The translations under genes were made by a program, and so were the position numbers. Positions 16,684 through 20,000 of a DNA stretch of 20,000 nt are shown here, piece by piece; within the stretch, counting starts at the first letter, position 1, and the number at the start of each line of letters is the position of its first letter. The stretch lies in sequence record SRR20825019_2588; one strand, given 5' to 3'. The notes under the pieces were generated by a model that saw only the letters and a list, made by a program, of their open reading frames with translations, did not search any database and was not told the origin of the DNA.

Positions 16684-18126
16684 CTATAAAGTTTTATCAA
16701 TTGCTTCTAAAGCGTGCTCTTTAATTGCTTCCTTGGCTTTTTCTTCACGGTTGCTAACCGGAACAATCGGCGCTTCTTTACCGTAAAGAGAATATGAACC
16801 AAAACGCATTTGGTGAGCTCTTCCGAGTTTTTCTTTATAGAAATCGATCTTGAATTGTTCTGTCATCGTTTTAGTGTCGCGGTCCCAGTGCATCAATTTC
16901 ATGTACTGAACGTCTTTCTCACCTTTGTGATCCCAATTAGCCAGCAAAGAGCTTGTGTAATACAGTCGAGTGCCATCCCAGCTTGATGAAACCATATTCA
17001 CTTGCTTGTCTATAAATTGCTCATGCATAAGCGTTGGGTTATAGGGATCAGTGATGTCGTAGCCACGAGTCATACCGTCCATAAATGTATTCACCCAAAT
17101 CGTGGAGTCATCACTTGAAATAGAGAAGTCAACCGGCAGCGGAACGTCTGAAGGATTGGCAACAGTGCCAACAACTTCTGCTTTCCAGCCACCTTTACCA
17201 TCTTCAATAATTAAGATGATTTCAGAGGTTAAAGCTGTAATTGTGAAGCAGTAATTATTTTCAGCTCCCCAGGCACATCTGAGTTCAAGAGGTGCACCTT
17301 CAGCATCAAGCACCTGTTTAGGCTTACGTGTATGTAAGTCCCAAACAACAATGGTGTTACCGAAACGTTTCATGGCTTCAGGGTCTTTCAGCATCTTGCC
17401 GAAATCCATCATGTAGTTTGTCCAGCCGGTAAATGATGAGGTGAACATCGCATTACGACGGGGCAAAACCTGGATGTCATAGCCATAACCATCAGCATAT
17501 TGTCCGGTTTTCTCTGCACCTTGGAGGTTGTCATCGGTAGGGATCCAATAGGTATCTACGTACTCACCGTCGTTAGTGTATTCAACCAGTGCAGTTCTAC
17601 CACCATGATCCTGGTTATTAGATAAAGCTGTCCAAAGCATGCGGCCAGGCACTGCATAAGGTGTATGCGGACCAACAACACCACCGGTTTTGCTGACAAA
17701 GTCATCAATCGTTTTTACAAGTTTGGGTTCAGCTGGATTGGTATGAACATCAAATATGAAAATCTTGCTGCTATCCAGACTGCCACCCCAAAGATATTTA
17801 CGGTCATCAGTAAAACCAGAGTGGTGAGCTTCATTTCTGCCACCGACAGATGTAACGTGGCGAACCTTACCGTAATCTTTAGCAGCTGGATTGACCGAGA
17901 CAGTGACCAGTTTATCCTGGCCATCACCAAGTCCCTCCACACCCAATGTCCAGACATAAACAAAATCTTCCTGACCTTGAATTTTTGCCATGTAGGGTGA
18001 CATACAGGTTTCATCGGCATGGACTGCTACGGGGGCTCCTATTATTAGTGCGGCACTAACAAAAACCGGACTTAAGAACTTCAAGACCGGTTTAGTCTTC
18101 ATTTTTATCACTTCATTAAATTTCAT
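16684..18126 (-). CDS. mtoX: Methanethiol oxidase (SBP56/SELENBP1 family), periplasmic
   Basis: Signal peptide then DETCMSPY; EAHH, GPHT and RAHQMRFG His motifs; SSFTGW and SSLLANWD Trp motifs 163 residues apart; linked to an SCO-MauG gene. Start set at ATG 18126 after an AGGAGAG RBS. Confidence 0.93.
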   Translation of the reverse strand: MKFNEVIKMKTKPVLKFLSPVFVSAALIIGAPVAVHADETCMSPYMAKIQGQEDFVYVWTLGVEGLGDGQDKLVTVSVNPAAKDYGKVRHVTSVGGRNEAHHSGFTDDRKYLWGGSLDSSKIFIFDVHTNPAEPKLVKTIDDFVSKTGGVVGPHTPYAVPGRMLWTALSNNQDHGGRTALVEYTNDGEYVDTYWIPTDDNLQGAEKTGQYADGYGYDIQVLPRRNAMFTSSFTGWTNYMMDFGKMLKDPEAMKRFGNTIVVWDLHTRKPKQVLDAEGAPLELRCAWGAENNYCFTITALTSEIILIIEDGKGGWKAEVVGTVANPSDVPLPVDFSISSDDSTIWVNTFMDGMTRGYDITDPYNPTLMHEQFIDKQVNMVSSSWDGTRLYYTSSLLANWDHKGEKDVQYMKLMHWDRDTKTMTEQFKIDFYKEKLGRAHQMRFGSYSLYGKEAPIVPVSNREEKAKEAIKEHALEAIDKTL

Positions 18127-18329
18127 TTTTCTCTCCTGGCTGTAATTACTTACGAAGCCTCTAAAAGTTGAACAACGCATCAATAGAAAAACCTTATTCC
18201 ATTAGTCATTTAAATATTGGCTGCAAATTTATTCATAAACTGCAGGTTACGTTGAAAATGTGGGAACCAGTTCGTTAGCCAAAAATAGAAATTCATCTTC
18301 TAGTTCAACGTGACCATTACGTAAGAATA

Positions 18330-18345
18330 AGGAATAAACGTGCCA
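18330..18345 (-). promoter_or_regulatory. Imperfect sigma54-like promoter facing mtoX
   Basis: Minus strand TGGCACGTTTATTCCT. The -24 element is perfect and the spacing is correct, but -12 reads TTCC instead of TTGC. Confidence 0.3.
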
Positions 18346-18730
18346 AAATTGGCTAAATTAAAACACCTCCATATATTCACCACGTGCATATAGTTATAGC
18401 CCAGTGATATAAAAAAGGCAACTCCTAGGTCTAGAATTTTTTTTAAGTAACATCTCCTCCGTTATGCTCTTTGCTTATAAGGGTTCAAGTGCATGATTCT
18501 ATTATTATTAAAAGGGGTTTAGATGTGTTTTAAAGCTGATGCAGAATTTCTCGGTTGCTAAATTCTTTGGACTGATTTTATAAAAATGATTTGTCGGCGC
18601 ATTGCCCGAAAAGAATATGTTTGATGTTTTTATGGGATAAGTATATAACTATAAAGAATATGTATGTATAAAAAGTGTGCAGAACATTTTTTGTGCAAGG
18701 AATATGAATTCTCCCATCGGAGGAGATTGT

Positions 18731-19705
18731 ATGAAGTTACAGCAAATAAAATATCTTCTGGGTATCGTCAAGAATGACTTGAACGTATCAAAAACGGCGG
18801 AGAGCTTTTATACCTCACAGCCAGGCGTCAGCAGACAAATAAGGCTTTTGGAAGAGGAATTGAAAGTAGAGATCTTTGAAAGGCATGGAAGGTTGCTGAC
18901 AGGTATTACGCCTATCGGAAATAAAATTTTGAAAATGGCTGCTGAGGTCGCGGATACGATAAATAGCATCAAGTCTGTGGCAGAAGAATATGCCAATGAA
19001 ACACACGGTTCATTGGTTATTGCTACGACTCATACACAAGCCCGCTACGTGCTGCCCAAAACAATAATGAGTTTCACCAATAAACATAGTTCTGTCTCGT
19101 TTCATCTGAAACAGGGGAATCCCCATCAAGTTAGTGAAATGGTTTCCAATGGAATAGTCGACTTATCTATTGCCTCAGAGTCAATGCAAGATTTCAGTAA
19201 CCTGGTCACCTTACCCTGTTATTCATGGAATCGGGTTGTGCTGGTCAAGAAAAAGCATCCACTGATAGAGGAACTGCCACTTACTCTCGAAAAATTATCC
19301 AAATACCCTTTGGTTACCTATGAGAGTGGATTTACAGGGCGATATCAATTAGATAAGGCGTTCGAGCTAGCCAGTATCAAGCCTAATATCATGCTCACCG
19401 CTTCAGATGCAGACATCATAAAAGCTTACGTAAAAATGGACTTGGGAGTAGGGGTGATTGCGAGCGTTGCTTATGACCCAAATGATGATGCAGACCTTGT
19501 TGCTGTCGATGCAAGTCACTTGTTTGATAACTGTGTAACAAAAATAGCCCTCAGAAGAGGTGCGGTGCTGAGGGGGTATGTGTATGACTTTATTGAATTA
19601 TTTGCGACACACCTCACAAAAGAGGTCGTTGACTCAATACTGACTACAAATAATTCGACGATATGTTCTGGTTATGTTGATTCATTATCAATACCTCATT
19701 TTTAA
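18731..19705 (+). CDS. cysB: CysB/Cbl-family LysR regulator, divergent from mtoX
   Basis: MKLQQIKY...LNVS...YTSQPGVSRQIRLLEEEL, IATTHTQARYVLP, LPCYSWNR, FTGR, DADIIKAYV. 324 aa from ATG 18731 after a GGAGGAG RBS. Confidence 0.88.
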   Translation: MKLQQIKYLLGIVKNDLNVSKTAESFYTSQPGVSRQIRLLEEELKVEIFERHGRLLTGITPIGNKILKMAAEVADTINSIKSVAEEYANETHGSLVIATTHTQARYVLPKTIMSFTNKHSSVSFHLKQGNPHQVSEMVSNGIVDLSIASESMQDFSNLVTLPCYSWNRVVLVKKKHPLIEELPLTLEKLSKYPLVTYESGFTGRYQLDKAFELASIKPNIMLTASDADIIKAYVKMDLGVGVIASVAYDPNDDADLVAVDASHLFDNCVTKIALRRGAVLRGYVYDFIELFATHLTKEVVDSILTTNNSTICSGYVDSLSIPHF

Positions 19706-19892
19706 GTAAAGTCCCCGGGATTATCGCTGTTTGCTGAACACCTCCCTGCAATAAATTTCGTTTCAATGAGGGGGGGATTACTTCCTGCTTAATCGAGCTG
19801 GTTTGAGCTTCAAGCTTATTTTTACTTGAAATAACAGGTGGCTTCTTTCAAAAACTCCATATTTTTCAAAACTTAAAAAGAGATTAACAACG

Positions 19893-20000
19893 ATGGATGA
19901 AATAGTAACACCCTGTTTAGCCGACATAGGGTTAGTTGGTCTAGCTGTGATGGGTCAGAACCTGGTCCTCAATATGAATGACAAGGGCTTCAGGGTCTCG
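19893..20000 (+). CDS. gnd: 6-phosphogluconate dehydrogenase (decarboxylating), 5' fragment
   Basis: Not in the ORF track. My translation is [36 protein letters not shown], the GLAVMGxNL Rossmann start typical of Gnd. Only 36 codons are visible. Confidence 0.85.
   Translation, partial: MDEIVTPCLADIGLVGLAVMGQNLVLNMNDKGFRVS

Larger units (their letters stand above)
8615..20000. mobile_element. Putative genomic island integrated at tRNA-Arg; only the left boundary is visible and the right extent is unknown
   Basis: tRNA 3' fragment plus terminator at the boundary, IHF-like and arm-like repeats just inside it, visibly lower GC to the right, and accessory catabolic cargo. No integrase is present in the window. 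Confidence 0.55.

Noticed and set aside
16684-18126. Generic 'selenium-binding protein' or selenoprotein call
   Set aside because: There is no in-frame TGA. The signal peptide, Trp/His motifs and SCO-MauG linkage point to methanethiol oxidase.

Overview
This is a gammaproteobacterial window, Methylophaga-like by gene content (inference), and it has two halves. The left half (1-8430, about 50% GC in lines I sampled by eye) looks like core chromosome. It holds the AmmeMemoRadiSam trio amrA/amrB/amrS, a DUF2726-like protein, an HTH protein with a lysine-rich tail, an SBP-PAS-GGDEF-EAL protein, an Aer-type chemoreceptor with a sigma28-like promoter, and a small glycine-zipper protein. At 8530-8723 there is an unannotated junction: a terminator, a decayed 3' half of tRNA-Arg ending at the anticodon loop, an IHF-like site and a 12-bp-period direct repeat. 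Together these look like an att site of a tRNA-targeting integrative element. The right half is AT-richer and carries a compact methanethiol/sulfide oxidation cassette on the minus strand: mtoX, an SCO-MauG fusion, a TlpA-like thioredoxin, a persulfide dioxygenase-rhodanese fusion, a duplicated rhodanese, a type II SQR and a SulP. The cassette is flanked by an orphan ECF sigma factor and a divergent CysB-like regulator, followed by the start of gnd. All family assignments come from motif recognition; no database searches were run.
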